Below are positions 1 through 10,402 of a stretch of DNA of 64,000 bases, piece after piece; the first letter of the stretch is position 1; each line of letters starts with the position of its first letter. The translations under genes and the position numbers were made by a program. The notes under the pieces are model-generated. The model ran no database searches. It was given only the letters and a program-made list of their open reading frames with translations, and was not told the DNA's origin. Origin of the DNA: Patescibacteria group bacterium (lineage in GTDB: Bacteria > Patescibacteriota > Patescibacteriia > UBA9570); contig JBAYIY010000006.1 in NCBI GenBank assembly GCA_041665365.1, forward strand, positions 19,602 through 83,601. Direction: 5' to 3'.

Positions 1-465
1 TGCGGTATCGCCACCACCAATCACAATAATATCTTTCTTGCGATAGAAAAAACCATCACAAGTAGCACAAGTTGATACTCCTTTACCTATCAACTCAGTT
101 TCACCTGGAGCATTGGTCATACGTGACCTTGTACCAGTAGCGATAATAACAGTTTTACTTTGGTATGAAGCATCACTAGTGGTGATAGTAAAAGGCTGTT
201 TAGAAAAATCTACTCCAGTCACTACGGAAGATTTCATCTCAGCACCAAATCGAGCCGCTTGTTTTTCCATGTTCTGCATTAGTTCATTACCATCAATACC
301 ATCAGCATAACCAGGCCAATTTTCAATTATCGTAGTGGTGGTTAATTGGCCGCCTGGTTGTTGCCCCTTTAATACCAGTACAGATAAATTAGAGCGCGCT
401 GCATAAATAGCGGCGGTATATCCAGCTGGCCCAGACCCAACAATAATTGTGTCAAAAACCGCCAT
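1..465 (-). CDS. trxB: Thioredoxin-disulfide reductase (runs off window start)
   Basis: Manual translation MAVFDTIIVGSGPAGYTAAIYAARSNL...GVSTCATCDGFF; FAD-binding GxGPAG and redox CATC motif. Confidence 0.93.
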   Translation of the reverse strand, partial: MAVFDTIIVGSGPAGYTAAIYAARSNLSVLVLKGQQPGGQLTTTTIIENWPGYADGIDGNELMQNMEKQAARFGAEMKSSVVTGVDFSKQPFTITTSDASYQSKTVIIATGTRSRMTNAPGETELIGKGVSTCATCDGFFYRKKDIIVIGGGDTA

Positions 466-466
466 G

Positions 467-1273
467 CTATTTCAAATGACTATCCAAGACAGCGGCCACT
501 GAATCATACGGTAAGGCACCTTCAAGTACATCAACAATCTTGCCGTCTTTATCTAAAATCAAACCATAAGGCGTTCCTTGTGCACCAAACTTCTGGGCTT
601 CAGCGGCATCAGCGTTGACACGATCTTTGGTGGCACCGTTATCAACACAGTCTTTAAACTTAGCACCATCGGCTCCAACATCACTAGCAATAGTATAAAT
701 TTGTTCATCTGGTAAACTATTGTTTGATTCAGTTCGTTCCATCATTAAATCAAGATATTCCCAGAATTTACCTTGGTCGGCCGCACACTCAGTACCCATC
801 GCCTCTTTTTGCGCCTTAGAATGTAAACTGGTCAATGGTAATTGTTTATAGGCCCAGGCTACTTTACCGTCATAACTCTTCATGACTTGTTGCAAGGTAC
901 TATGAAAACGTTTGCAGAATGGACATTCCGGATCAGAATATTCCAGAATCGTTAAATCACCAGTACCTCGTTTATTATGTAATGAGGCTGGATCAACTGT
1001 CCCTGATGGAATGGTCGGAGCTGCTGGATCAGCTGCAGCTGCAGCATTGGTATTCGCATTACTGTTGGCATTAGCACTTTTTTCTTTTTCGGTTGGCAAT
1101 TCAACCCCTTTATACATCAACACGAGCAACACGATAAACCCAACGGCAAAGATCAGCGCGGCACTCACTAGCACTCCAGCAAAAAAGGCTAACCGGGCTG
1201 GAATACCATCAATCATCTGCATGGTACTTTTTGGTTCATCGTCCATTTTTTTAACTTCATCATCCATGATCAT
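467..1273 (-). CDS. Membrane-anchored DsbA-family thioredoxin-fold protein
   Basis: N-terminal TM helix, Asn/Ala-rich linker, EYSDPECPFC motif, GTP cis-Pro motif. Confidence 0.85.
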   Translation of the reverse strand: MIMDDEVKKMDDEPKSTMQMIDGIPARLAFFAGVLVSAALIFAVGFIVLLVLMYKGVELPTEKEKSANANSNANTNAAAAADPAAPTIPSGTVDPASLHNKRGTGDLTILEYSDPECPFCKRFHSTLQQVMKSYDGKVAWAYKQLPLTSLHSKAQKEAMGTECAADQGKFWEYLDLMMERTESNNSLPDEQIYTIASDVGADGAKFKDCVDNGATKDRVNADAAEAQKFGAQGTPYGLILDKDGKIVDVLEGALPYDSVAAVLDSHLK

Positions 1274-1349
1274 ACTTTAAATAAATTAATTGCTACTTAT
1301 ATATAATATTTACTACTACAGTCTATAGTAGGGAGATTATCCGGTCAAG

Positions 1350-2858
1350 TTATCCTAGACTTCTCCTTAATTTACCAGCTTGCAACACCACTTCGGTAAT
1401 ATCTTGCTGCTGACGTTGTAAATAGACAATATCCGATGTGGCATTGCGATGTAAAAATTCCGTTGGGCTAATCGGGCCTAAGGTGAATCCAAAATACTCT
1501 TCCAGATAATTTATATCACTTTGAATGGCGCGCCAACCGGCAGACCGCTTAGCGAAATATTGTAGATTCTCTTTATTAAGGTAGCGCCCAGCTAATCGTA
1601 AATCATGTTCTAAACAATGGTAAGCTTGATGAACCAGTTCTCCTTCTCCTTTAGAGAGCTCCCGTAACGTTCTACCTGTACCGATTAGTTCTGGTGGTAC
1701 ACCTAATGAATACATAGCGGCAGTGAAGGTGATGGCGCGAGGAAATTGCTGTTTGCCAATTGTTCGACCATAACCTAATAAGCCAATGTGTAATCTTCGT
1801 TCGCGCCGTTTTGGTATATAGGGTGTAATTTTAAATAAATCAGACGAAATCGCTGTCACGGCCGAACGATAGTGTTGTTCAGCTTGTTGGACAATATTAT
1901 TGAGAATTTTTTTATCACTAGCAGCAAATTTTTGTGGAACAGTTTTAGCTAGTTGTTGTTGTAATTGTTTAATAGCTCGTTTCACTTGAACTGGTGGGTA
2001 GTCATACCGAAAAGCTGATTGGATTGTGACGGTTCGTACGCCCCGATATTCTTCCAAAAACTGTTTGATATTATCTGGTGCGAGTGAGCCACGAAATGGC
2101 AAGGACCCGGTGCCAATAATTGGATAAACTGGAATGCCGGTATTATCACTCCACTGATACAACTCAGATAAGGCTACTTTATTTCCTAATACCGCCGGAA
2201 TTAAACCAGACACAAGAGCCGGATCACTCCGTGCTAAAAATGGCCGAATATATTTTGGATATTGCTGATAGTATTTTTTATGTTGTTGCACATACCGCTG
2301 CAACAAATTTTGGATCGAGAACATTTGCTGCACTTCTTCCACTAGAGGAATAATCTCAATATAGTTAAATGAACTAGTGTTATCAGTAAATAAGCGGTGT
2401 TTAACTTTGGCTAATTTAGTAAAGGTAGTTTGAATATGTAACATTTGTTGAGCAGATGATGTCATAGGCAGAATCACCTCAAATAATGGTTTTTCACCCA
2501 CTGCCATATCTTTGGCCATGTCGGCAGCCGTTAAAATGGCCATAAAGGCCCGCGCGAGTGAATAACCTTTTTCCTGCCAAATATTGGGAATGCGAAAAGT
2601 TAGGAATTGATCGCGTCCTAAATGATGCTTTTTGAAGTATTGATGATGTTCCGTTAACAAACGCTCGACGACAGCCTCATCCACATACTTACCTTCCCAA
2701 TCCCACATGTACTCATTAACTCCTAAATCAGCATAGGCCGAATAGGCTTCGGCTACCTCCTCTTGGGCCGAAACAAAGCCATCGCCATCTTGCTCCCAAT
2801 ATGGGGCCGAGGCATTGTCGGGGTGTTGCGTAGCCATTACGGCTGGTATGTGACGCAT
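1350..2858 (-). CDS. ppcA: Archaeal-type phosphoenolpyruvate carboxylase
   Basis: IPAVMATQHPDNA N-terminus, MWDWEGK, RPFLARSDPAL, GTGSLPFRG, PRAITFTAA; ~500 aa. Confidence 0.92.
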   Translation of the reverse strand: MRHIPAVMATQHPDNASAPYWEQDGDGFVSAQEEVAEAYSAYADLGVNEYMWDWEGKYVDEAVVERLLTEHHQYFKKHHLGRDQFLTFRIPNIWQEKGYSLARAFMAILTAADMAKDMAVGEKPLFEVILPMTSSAQQMLHIQTTFTKLAKVKHRLFTDNTSSFNYIEIIPLVEEVQQMFSIQNLLQRYVQQHKKYYQQYPKYIRPFLARSDPALVSGLIPAVLGNKVALSELYQWSDNTGIPVYPIIGTGSLPFRGSLAPDNIKQFLEEYRGVRTVTIQSAFRYDYPPVQVKRAIKQLQQQLAKTVPQKFAASDKKILNNIVQQAEQHYRSAVTAISSDLFKITPYIPKRRERRLHIGLLGYGRTIGKQQFPRAITFTAAMYSLGVPPELIGTGRTLRELSKGEGELVHQAYHCLEHDLRLAGRYLNKENLQYFAKRSAGWRAIQSDINYLEEYFGFTLGPISPTEFLHRNATSDIVYLQRQQQDITEVVLQAGKLRRSLG

Positions 2859-2897
2859 GGCCGTATTGTATAAGGGATATTGACAAAAAGCCAGTTA

Positions 2898-3617
2898 TTA
2901 ATCGCGACGTTCCCATGGCGCTGGATTAGGTTTGCGAAAAATAAACGTGCGTATCCAATTCACAAACCAAGTCCACAAGACTTTGTTCCAACCTTCCACT
3001 CGAAAACGACGTGGTGAAATTTCTACATAAAACTTCCAGCTTAATCTGGTTTTACCTAAACGACTGAGCCGAAAAAATAAGTCGTGATCCTCATTACTGG
3101 TTAACTGTTCATTAAACCCATGAATTTGCATAAATGTCTCACGCCGTACAATTAAACACTCGCCGGAACCTTGCCCTAAACCAAGAATATTAGTCACCCA
3201 AATCAGCCAATTGCGCTGACCGAGCCAAAAATGATCAACTAATTTTCGTTCGCCAGCATAAACGTAGCTGTGGACTGTTAAACCAACTAATTCAGGATCG
3301 GCTGTAAATTGCTGCTGAACATAAGTTAACGCCGCTGGTAAGTTTGGAATACTGGAATCACAATCAAGAAACCACAACACATCTCCAGACGCTTGTTTTG
3401 CCCCACGATTACGACAAGTTCCAATGGTACTGTGCGGTTGGCTTAAGAGCACAATCTCATCAACCAGTGGTCGAGCATGGGTACAAGTTTTATCAGAACT
3501 GCCATCATCACTTAATATTATTTCGACATCTTTTCCACGCACACATTGCAAAGATCGTAGTGTTCGTAACACTAACTTTTCCTCATTGAGTGCTGGTATA
3601 ATAAATGAAATTTTCAT
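2898..3617 (-). CDS. Glycosyltransferase family 2
   Basis: SFIIPALNEE, DDGSSD, RNRGA, FLDCD, ED motif. Confidence 0.9.
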   Translation of the reverse strand: MKISFIIPALNEEKLVLRTLRSLQCVRGKDVEIILSDDGSSDKTCTHARPLVDEIVLLSQPHSTIGTCRNRGAKQASGDVLWFLDCDSSIPNLPAALTYVQQQFTADPELVGLTVHSYVYAGERKLVDHFWLGQRNWLIWVTNILGLGQGSGECLIVRRETFMQIHGFNEQLTSNEDHDLFFRLSRLGKTRLSWKFYVEISPRRFRVEGWNKVLWTWFVNWIRTFIFRKPNPAPWERRD

Positions 3618-3618
3618 A

Positions 3619-4341
3619 CTAACGTCGTGCCTCCCAATCAGTCTTAGCTATCTTACCAAATACAACTTGTGTAAACCAATTTTTAAACCACTGCCATAAC
3701 ACCTTCGGCCAACCATCGCGCCGATAACGCCGGGGTGACATAGCCACAGTATGGTACCAGAAAAAATTTACTTGGCCTAATTGACCAAGACGTTTATATA
3801 ATTCAAAATCTTCCGAACTACGTAATTCTGGCCTAAAACCAGATAGCTGAGTAAAGGCTGATCGCCGGATAATCATACAATCTCCCGCTGATGTACCAAC
3901 TTTTAACACGCGGTTTTGTAACCAAATAAAATAATTAAATAAGTACCACACTACTCGATCAAGCCAAATGCTCTCTGTTGGATAAATAATAATCCGCATG
4001 GTGGCTGCAACTGTTCCAGAATTTTTTTCAAAATAAGCGCTCACCTCTGATACAGTTTTCATGATATTGGTAATCCTCACATCGGCATCAATAAACCATA
4101 AGATATTACCCTGAGCCACGCGCGCCCCGCGGTTACGACACTCACCAATTGAGGTTCGTTCAGCACCGGGTCGTTCCACCACTTTAGCACCTAACTGGCT
4201 AGCCAGTGTTCTAGTTGTATCTGTACTGCCGTTATCTGAAACAATTATCTCATAATCTATCCCTGTTAACACCAAAAATTGTTGTAATGTTTCAGTGATG
4301 ACTTTTTCCTCATTATAGACGGGAATAATAAACGATATCAT
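3619..4341 (-). CDS. Glycosyltransferase family 2 (paralog of neighbour)
   Basis: MISFIIPVYNEE, DNGSTD, FIDAD, SED; start moved to ATG 4341 because the longer ORF overlaps tRNA-Cys. Confidence 0.9.
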   Translation of the reverse strand: MISFIIPVYNEEKVITETLQQFLVLTGIDYEIIVSDNGSTDTTRTLASQLGAKVVERPGAERTSIGECRNRGARVAQGNILWFIDADVRITNIMKTVSEVSAYFEKNSGTVAATMRIIIYPTESIWLDRVVWYLFNYFIWLQNRVLKVGTSAGDCMIIRRSAFTQLSGFRPELRSSEDFELYKRLGQLGQVNFFWYHTVAMSPRRYRRDGWPKVLWQWFKNWFTQVVFGKIAKTDWEARR

Positions 4342-4396
4342 CTGGACATGATAGGCGTTTTTTGGTACGGTAGCAAATGCTTTGCAACGTTTTGTT

Positions 4397-4468
4397 GGCG
4401 TGGTAGCCAAGTGGTAAGGCAGGAGTCTGCAAAACTCTTATGCGCCGGTTCGAATCCGGCCCACGCCT
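4397..4468 (+). tRNA. tRNA-Cys(GCA)
   Basis: GGCGTGG/CCACGCC acceptor stem, anticodon loop CTGCAAA, GGTTCGAATCC T-arm. Confidence 0.95.
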
Positions 4469-4531
4469 CCGTTTATTGACAGCCAATCAAGTTTTACTTA
4501 TTATACTCTGACTACACCCCGCCCAGGACTA

Positions 4532-4595
4532 GCGAGTTTACTCGCCGAAGTCCCGAGGCTTCTAAGGGAACCTAGGCGAGTTTACTCGCCGAAGT
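4532..4595. repeat. Duplicated 20-nt hairpin GCGAGTTTACTCGCCGAAGT upstream of tRNA-Gly
   Basis: Exact copies at 4532-4551 and 4576-4595; internal GCGAG/CTCGC stem. Confidence 0.8.
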
Positions 4596-4604
4596 GAAAC
4601 GTAG

Positions 4605-4677
4605 GCGAGAGTAGCTCAGTTGGTAGAGCGTCTCCTTGCCAAGGAGAAGGTCGCGGGTTCGAGCCCCGTTTCTCGCT
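4605..4677 (+). tRNA. tRNA-Gly(GCC)
   Basis: GCGAGAG acceptor, AGCTCAGTTGGTAGAGC D-arm, loop TTGCCAA, GGTTCGAGCCC. Confidence 0.95.
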
Positions 4678-4680
4678 CAT

Positions 4681-4908
4681 ATGTCATCTATTGCCATAGG
4701 CGCCAATTATATTCAGCAATGTCGCACTTTAGGGTTTAGCGATTCAGTTATTGCCCAAGCGCTCCAGAAATCTGGCTGGATGCCAGCCGATATCCAAACC
4801 GCCATGCAGCAAGCCAACATCCACTCTAAAAAAACTAAGAGTACAGCTTGGTTATGGATAGCGCTGACTATACTGATAGTGGTAGCGTGGCTTTCATTGA
4901 CTGCTTGA
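4681..4908 (+). CDS. Small hypothetical protein with C-terminal TM helix
   Basis: ATG directly after tRNA-Gly; [10 protein letters not shown] helical motif of a type frequent in CPR membrane proteins; hydrophobic C-terminus. Confidence 0.6.
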   Translation: MSSIAIGANYIQQCRTLGFSDSVIAQALQKSGWMPADIQTAMQQANIHSKKTKSTAWLWIALTILIVVAWLSLTA

Positions 4909-4948
4909 AAGTTTCGCTGTATAACAGTGAAGGTTCTTTATTATTTAA

Positions 4949-5035
4949 GCCGGGATGGTGGAACTGGTAGACACAACAGACTTAAAATCTGTCGGGAGTA
5001 ATCCCATGAGGGTTCGATTCCCTCTCTCGGCACCA
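4949..5035 (+). tRNA. tRNA-Leu(TAA)
   Basis: GCCGGGA acceptor, loop CTTAAAA, long variable arm, encoded CCA. Confidence 0.95.
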
Positions 5036-5085
5036 CATTGTTGATTGATTAAATTTAAAAAAACTAATCTTACTTTAAGTGGTTC

Positions 5086-5658
5086 TTAAGTTTTCTTTGC
5101 ACGATACCTGGACCAATAGTGCGATAAAAAGAACACTTTATTGTTTGGCTTATTACGAATTTCCTCCAGTTGTTTAAAAAAAGCTTCAAGTCGTAATAGA
5201 CTATCGTCTGTTTCGGGTAGATTAATAATATCGTTCACTTGTTTACTCACAACATAATAGTTTTCTAAAAAAGTATTAAAGATGTCTGCAAACTCCTCTG
5301 CGGATATTCCAACAATTTCCATGATATGTGAATAATTTTCCTGGGCTTGCGAAACAGTGATGTGGTCTTGATCATGAGTAATGGCTCCCCCCGGACTATA
5401 CCAATTTCGTACCATGAACATCTCTTCGTATGTTTTGAGAATTTTATGACGTAATTTTATAAATGTAGTAGCTGATTCTGGAACTTCATGTCGTTTTTTC
5501 CAAGCCTGTAAAATCAATAAATCAGGATTACTTTCTTCATCCTCCCAAGACGTTATGGATAACAGCCCCATTCTCTCGGCTACTTCATACTCAGCTTTTT
5601 GAGCTCTCTCTATCTCTCTTCTACTCCGAGGTTCATGTCCATCTCTTCTGCTGTCCAT
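5086..5658 (-). CDS. Hypothetical protein
   Basis: 190-aa AT-rich ORF between suhB and tRNA-Leu; no recognisable motif. Confidence 0.6.
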   Translation of the reverse strand: MDSRRDGHEPRSRREIERAQKAEYEVAERMGLLSITSWEDEESNPDLLILQAWKKRHEVPESATTFIKLRHKILKTYEEMFMVRNWYSPGGAITHDQDHITVSQAQENYSHIMEIVGISAEEFADIFNTFLENYYVVSKQVNDIINLPETDDSLLRLEAFFKQLEEIRNKPNNKVFFLSHYWSRYRAKKT

Positions 5659-5660
5659 AA

Positions 5661-6455
5661 TCAAATCTTCTTCTGTTTGATTACTTTCAAAATTTGTTTG
5701 TGCACTTTGCCATTAGTGGCGACTAAACCATTCTTGGCGATACCATTTGGATTACCATCAAAATCTGTCACCATCCCACCGGCTTCACGCACCATTAACA
5801 TACCAGCCGCCACATCCCAAATGCGCACCGGTGGGGTGATAATCATACCGTCTACCCGACCAGCCGCCACAAAGGCTAATTCTAAAGACGATGAACCGAA
5901 ATGTCGCATCGAGCGGGCTTCAAATTCAAAGTGTTGGTAAGCCGCCACGGCGCGTTGTAAGGATTTCTTTTCATGGGAGTAAGCAAAACACAGAAATGAC
6001 GTTCTTAATTTATCCTCATTAGACACATGCATGCGCATTTCATTACGCCGCGCTCCCTTCCCCTTTTCCGCCACAAATAACTCTCGCGTATAAGGTGAGT
6101 AAATAATACCAATAATCGGATCGCCGTCTTTTAATAAAGCGATAGTGGTAGTAAAAAAAGTGTGCCGCATGATGAAATTAGTGGTGCCATCTAATGGATC
6201 GACTACCCATTGATACCCACTATTTTTCGCCGTCCCCTTTTTAAACCCTTCTTCCTCCGATAAAATATTATGGGTCGGATAAGCTTCACGGATTTTTTCC
6301 ACTAAAAAATGATTCACTTTAACATCATGATTAGTGACTAATTCCCGTTTGTCTTTAAACCGAATTTGTTCTGGGGACAAAGCGCGAAAATCCTTCATCA
6401 GCATATTCCCTGACCGCAGTGCCAATCCGATCGCAAACTCTTTCATCACATGCAT
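5661..6455 (-). CDS. suhB: Inositol monophosphatase family protein
   Basis: ILSEE, WVVDPLDGTTNF, WDVAAG motifs. Confidence 0.92.
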   Translation of the reverse strand: MHVMKEFAIGLALRSGNMLMKDFRALSPEQIRFKDKRELVTNHDVKVNHFLVEKIREAYPTHNILSEEEGFKKGTAKNSGYQWVVDPLDGTTNFIMRHTFFTTTIALLKDGDPIIGIIYSPYTRELFVAEKGKGARRNEMRMHVSNEDKLRTSFLCFAYSHEKKSLQRAVAAYQHFEFEARSMRHFGSSSLELAFVAAGRVDGMIITPPVRIWDVAAGMLMVREAGGMVTDFDGNPNGIAKNGLVATNGKVHKQILKVIKQKKI

Positions 6456-6456
6456 A

Positions 6457-7173
6457 TTATAGATCTATAGTCATTAATTCTTTAGCAATAACCAGTGTAC
6501 CATTAAATGGCATGTTTGTCTTAGTTAAATCGTAACCATAGTGGGTTAACACTAATTGTTTAACCTTAGCTTGTGTAGCAATATCACTACACTGTTCTGG
6601 GTTCAAATGTTGTGCGGATATCTGACCAGGTTGATTGGAACATTCCAATAATAAAACATCGGTTTGCCGAGCTAATGATACTATATTTTCGTTCATACCG
6701 GTGTCACCAGAATAAACCACACTATGACCGGCTTGTTCAAAACGAAAGGCCGTAGCTGGAACATTGTGCTTCATCACTGCGGTAGTCACTGTAACATCAC
6801 CAATTTCTATAGCTGTCAGAGGTTGTTCATAAATAGTTATTTTGGTAGGGACTGGTTCTAATACCAAATCAACCATAGTTTTAAACCATTGTTGAATACC
6901 CACTGGACCAACAATAATCAAAGGTTTATCAGCACACGTATTGAAAAAGATCTGAAAAAATGTTAACAAGTCTGCAATGTGATCTGGGTGTAGATGACTA
7001 ATACAAATAGCATCAATATCACCAACTTGTTTGCCTAATTTGGTAAGAGAATATAAACAACCTCGCCCAAAATCCACTAAGATGTTAACACGCTCTGTTT
7101 CAATAAGGTTACCAGTTGAATTATAATTGGCTGTGATATTAAACCGACCACACCCTAATATAGTTAATCTCAT
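6457..7173 (-). CDS. MBL-fold metallo-hydrolase (RNase Z-like)
   Basis: SHLHPDH, YSGDT, LTHY motifs. Confidence 0.85.
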   Translation of the reverse strand: MRLTILGCGRFNITANYNSTGNLIETERVNILVDFGRGCLYSLTKLGKQVGDIDAICISHLHPDHIADLLTFFQIFFNTCADKPLIIVGPVGIQQWFKTMVDLVLEPVPTKITIYEQPLTAIEIGDVTVTTAVMKHNVPATAFRFEQAGHSVVYSGDTGMNENIVSLARQTDVLLLECSNQPGQISAQHLNPEQCSDIATQAKVKQLVLTHYGYDLTKTNMPFNGTLVIAKELMTIDL

Positions 7174-8015
7174 ATTTGTCTGAATTTTTTTAAAATAGCA
7201 ACATCATCGGCGCGACCAGCAGCGGGGGTTTCTAGAATAAAATCTTGGTCTTTTAATTTTGGATGATTAAGTAAATATTTAAAAGCTGCCTGACCAATTT
7301 TACCCAGGCCAATATGTTCGTGTCGGTCTTTCTTACTATTAAAATCAACTTTTGAATCATTCACCTGAATACAGATTAGTTTTTTTAAACCTAAATATTT
7401 ATCAAATTGTGAGATTGTCTCGTTTATTAATGCTTCACTTCTTAGATCATACCCAGAACCAAACGCATGTTGGGTGTCTAAACAAAAACCAACTTGGGCA
7501 TGTTTAGCTTTTTCTATACCGGAATATAATTGTTTCAATTCTGGAAAAGTGCACCCTAAAACACTGCCACTGCCCGCGGCATTTTCTAATAATAATAAAC
7601 ATGTTCCGGTATAACCAGCTAAAACTTGATTCAAACTTTTAATCGCTACGGCTACACCGGTGGCTCGATCTGGCTGGCTGGCGGCACTGCCGGTGTGAAA
7701 CATTACTCCCTTAACACCAAGTCGCGACCCTCTATCTAGTTCTTGTCTTAACATAGTAATTGAGGCGTGACGTAAACTAGGTTTAGCTGAGGCGAGATTT
7801 AATAAATAGGGCGCATGAACATAATAATTCGTGTAACCACATTGTTGCACAGTATCTTTAAATTTTGTCACAGCTTCCGCAGTAAGCTCAGGACACTTGA
7901 AAGATTGTGGTGGACGAGAAAACATTTGAAAGGTTTCTAAACCCTCGGCTTTGGCGTTAAGCGCGGCATTATATAAACCACCAGCAGCTGAAACATGGGC
8001 ACCAATTTGTGACAT
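7170..8015 (-). CDS. nfo: Endonuclease IV
   Basis: IGAHVSAAGG, HAPYLLNLAS, LLENAAG, CLDTQH, DRHEHIG, ILETP. Confidence 0.93.
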   Translation of the reverse strand: MSQIGAHVSAAGGLYNAALNAKAEGLETFQMFSRPPQSFKCPELTAEAVTKFKDTVQQCGYTNYYVHAPYLLNLASAKPSLRHASITMLRQELDRGSRLGVKGVMFHTGSAASQPDRATGVAVAIKSLNQVLAGYTGTCLLLLENAAGSGSVLGCTFPELKQLYSGIEKAKHAQVGFCLDTQHAFGSGYDLRSEALINETISQFDKYLGLKKLICIQVNDSKVDFNSKKDRHEHIGLGKIGQAAFKYLLNHPKLKDQDFILETPAAGRADDVAILKKFRQI

Positions 8016-8080
8016 GTCGGTATTATATATGATTTATGGTATAATTGTAATAATTATATATTATTAATAATAAAATATTT

Positions 8081-9019
8081 ATGCCTGGAAAAGTAACAAT
8101 CATAGGGGCGGGTAATGTCGGCACCGCGACAGCCTTTGCCCTGGCTATAGACGGCTCAGCTAATAACATCGTTTTGCTAGACCGAAATTTAGAAAAAGCT
8201 AAAGGCGAGATTATGGATATTGAACATGGCAGCGCCTTTATGCCTCACACTGAATTCATGGGTTCAAAATCATATAAAGATATTAAAGATTCTGATATTG
8301 TTGTGATTACCGCCGGTGCGGCTCAAGCACCCGGTGAATCTAGATTACAGTTATTACAACGTAATGCCGGCATTCTCAAAGGCATTATGAAAGATATAAA
8401 AACTTACTCACCAGATAGTATTGTTATTGTCGTTACCAACCCAGTGGATGTACTGACCTACTTAGCTCTTAAATACTCACATTTTCCGCACAATCGTGTG
8501 TTTGGTACTGGCACGGTGTTAGATTCAGCTCGGTTTAGGTCTTACTTGGCAAAATATTTTTGCGTCAACGCTCATAATGTTCATGCGCACATTTTAGGTG
8601 AACATGGCGATAGTTCTTTCCCAGCTTTGAGTACAGCTAATATTGGTTCTATCCCACTCAGAAAAATGCCGCATTACAATGAAAAAGCGATGTGGGCGAT
8701 TCATCATACCGTTCGCACCGTAGTTTACGATATTATTAAAAAGAAAGGTTCTACTAACCTCGCTATTGCTACCTGTGTCACACAATTAGTGCATGCCATT
8801 CTCAATGACACGCATGAAATATTCCCGGTATCTTCGGTGTTACGCGGTGAATATGGCATCCATGATGTGGCTGTCAGCACACCATCAGTTTTAGGAAAAT
8901 GCGGCATTATTCAAGAATTAGAGATACCGCTTGACGCCAAAGAAAAAGCCGCCTTGAAAAAATCCGTCAAGATTTTAAAGAAGGCGATTCGATCGGTACA
9001 CCATCCTGTCTCTCGATGA
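8081..9019 (+). CDS. ldh: L-lactate dehydrogenase
   Basis: GAGNVG, ITAGAAQAPGESRL (Gln specificity residue), TNPVD, LDSARF, GEHGDS. Confidence 0.9.
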   Translation: MPGKVTIIGAGNVGTATAFALAIDGSANNIVLLDRNLEKAKGEIMDIEHGSAFMPHTEFMGSKSYKDIKDSDIVVITAGAAQAPGESRLQLLQRNAGILKGIMKDIKTYSPDSIVIVVTNPVDVLTYLALKYSHFPHNRVFGTGTVLDSARFRSYLAKYFCVNAHNVHAHILGEHGDSSFPALSTANIGSIPLRKMPHYNEKAMWAIHHTVRTVVYDIIKKKGSTNLAIATCVTQLVHAILNDTHEIFPVSSVLRGEYGIHDVAVSTPSVLGKCGIIQELEIPLDAKEKAALKKSVKILKKAIRSVHHPVSR

Positions 9020-9117
9020 CTCGAGACATCCTTCCTATTGTAGGAAGAATAAGATAAAGAAATAGATTTTTTCTTACTCCCTCCTACAATAGGAGGGCTG
9101 GGGAGGTGTTTCCGGGA
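8998..9117. repeat. ~120-bp palindromic element; inverted copy of 57471-57589 (DUF559-associated family)
   Basis: Two CCTTCCTA..TAGGAAG / CCCTCCTA..TAGGAGGG hairpins; aligns end to end with the reverse complement of 57471-57589. Confidence 0.85.
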
Positions 9118-9121
9118 TGGT

Positions 9122-10399
9122 TTATATCGCCAATTCCTTTAATTTATTTACCGCCTGCTCATTTCGTAATATCGTTCGAACATAACCACGATAATCTAAA
9201 CCGTCTAAATGTTTCAGCATATCCGGTTGGTTTTTATACTGTGTCTTACGACGCTCCACCTCAGCATTGATGGCATCTTCGGTAACAGTAATGTTTTCTT
9301 GCTCCGCTACTTGTTTAATAATCAAAGCACCTTGCACACGTTTTGTGGCTGGTTCTTTCCAGCTGGCTCGTAATTCTTCGGCAGTTTTTTTGATATGGGT
9401 AAAATAGTCGGCTAATTTTCCACCCTGATCTTCCACTTGTTCTTTCAGTTCTTCCATCATCCGATCGATTTCGTAATCCAACATCAATTGTGGAATTGGT
9501 TCAAAGTCGGCCTGTTTAATTATGGCTTCAATCACTTCTGATTCAAATTTCTGTTCGGCTTTTTGTTCTAATTCTTTCACTAGGTTCTGTCGAATTTGAT
9601 CTTTTAATTCCTGTAGTGAAGCAAAGTTAAGGCCCTTAGCAAAGTCATCATTCAATTCCGGCAATACTACTTTAGACACTGATTGCACAGTGGCAGTAAC
9701 ATCACATTGTTTACCGGCTAAATGCTTAGCTCCGTAATCATCCGGAAAAGTTACTTGATACTGTTTAGTCTCATGAGCTTTCATTCCCACTAAGGCATCT
9801 TCAAAACCGGGAATAAAATTTTTCTCACCCAGCACTACCGGAGTCGCTTTACCTTGACCACCTTCGATTGAAACACCGGCTAATTTTATATCGAAATCGA
9901 TCACAACTTGATCGCCTAATGCAGCGGCGCGCTCAACTGGTTCATGTTTGGTGCGCAACTTTTTTAAATCCAGCATGGTTTTTTCCAGACGTTTTTCATC
10001 AACCACTTCAACTACCTTCTTTACTGTCACCTTTTGGTAATTTTTCAAATCAACCTTGGGCATAATAGCAAACGTTGCAGTATACACTAATGGGTTGCCA
10101 GGAGCCAACGTATCTAGATTAACATTTGGTTTACCAACAAAATCAATGGTTTCTTGTTTCACGGCATCTGGCAAAGTTGCTGACAATACATCGTCTACTG
10201 CTTCTTGATAAATAGCCATTTCGCCAGCTTTATTTTTTACCATGTCATACGGTGCATGCCCTGGCCGAAAACCAGGAATCGTAATTGATTTCGAAATTCT
10301 TTTGGCGGCCTTTTCCAGGTGTGGTTTTAACTCTTCGACAGAGACCTCAACCTTGAGCAAAACCGTTGTTTTGTCTTGAACAGTTTTAGTAATTTGCAT
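9122..10399 (-). CDS. tig: Trigger factor
   Basis: IPGFRPGHAP ribosome-binding motif, FKBP domain (FIPGFEDALVG). Confidence 0.95.
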   Translation of the reverse strand: MQITKTVQDKTTVLLKVEVSVEELKPHLEKAAKRISKSITIPGFRPGHAPYDMVKNKAGEMAIYQEAVDDVLSATLPDAVKQETIDFVGKPNVNLDTLAPGNPLVYTATFAIMPKVDLKNYQKVTVKKVVEVVDEKRLEKTMLDLKKLRTKHEPVERAAALGDQVVIDFDIKLAGVSIEGGQGKATPVVLGEKNFIPGFEDALVGMKAHETKQYQVTFPDDYGAKHLAGKQCDVTATVQSVSKVVLPELNDDFAKGLNFASLQELKDQIRQNLVKELEQKAEQKFESEVIEAIIKQADFEPIPQLMLDYEIDRMMEELKEQVEDQGGKLADYFTHIKKTAEELRASWKEPATKRVQGALIIKQVAEQENITVTEDAINAEVERRKTQYKNQPDMLKHLDGLDYRGYVRTILRNEQAVNKLKELAI

Positions 10400-10402
10400 A
10401 TG

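Noticed and set aside
8081-9019. Malate dehydrogenase partnering PpcA
   Set aside because: The specificity loop has Gln (AGAAQAPGESR), the LDH signature, rather than Arg
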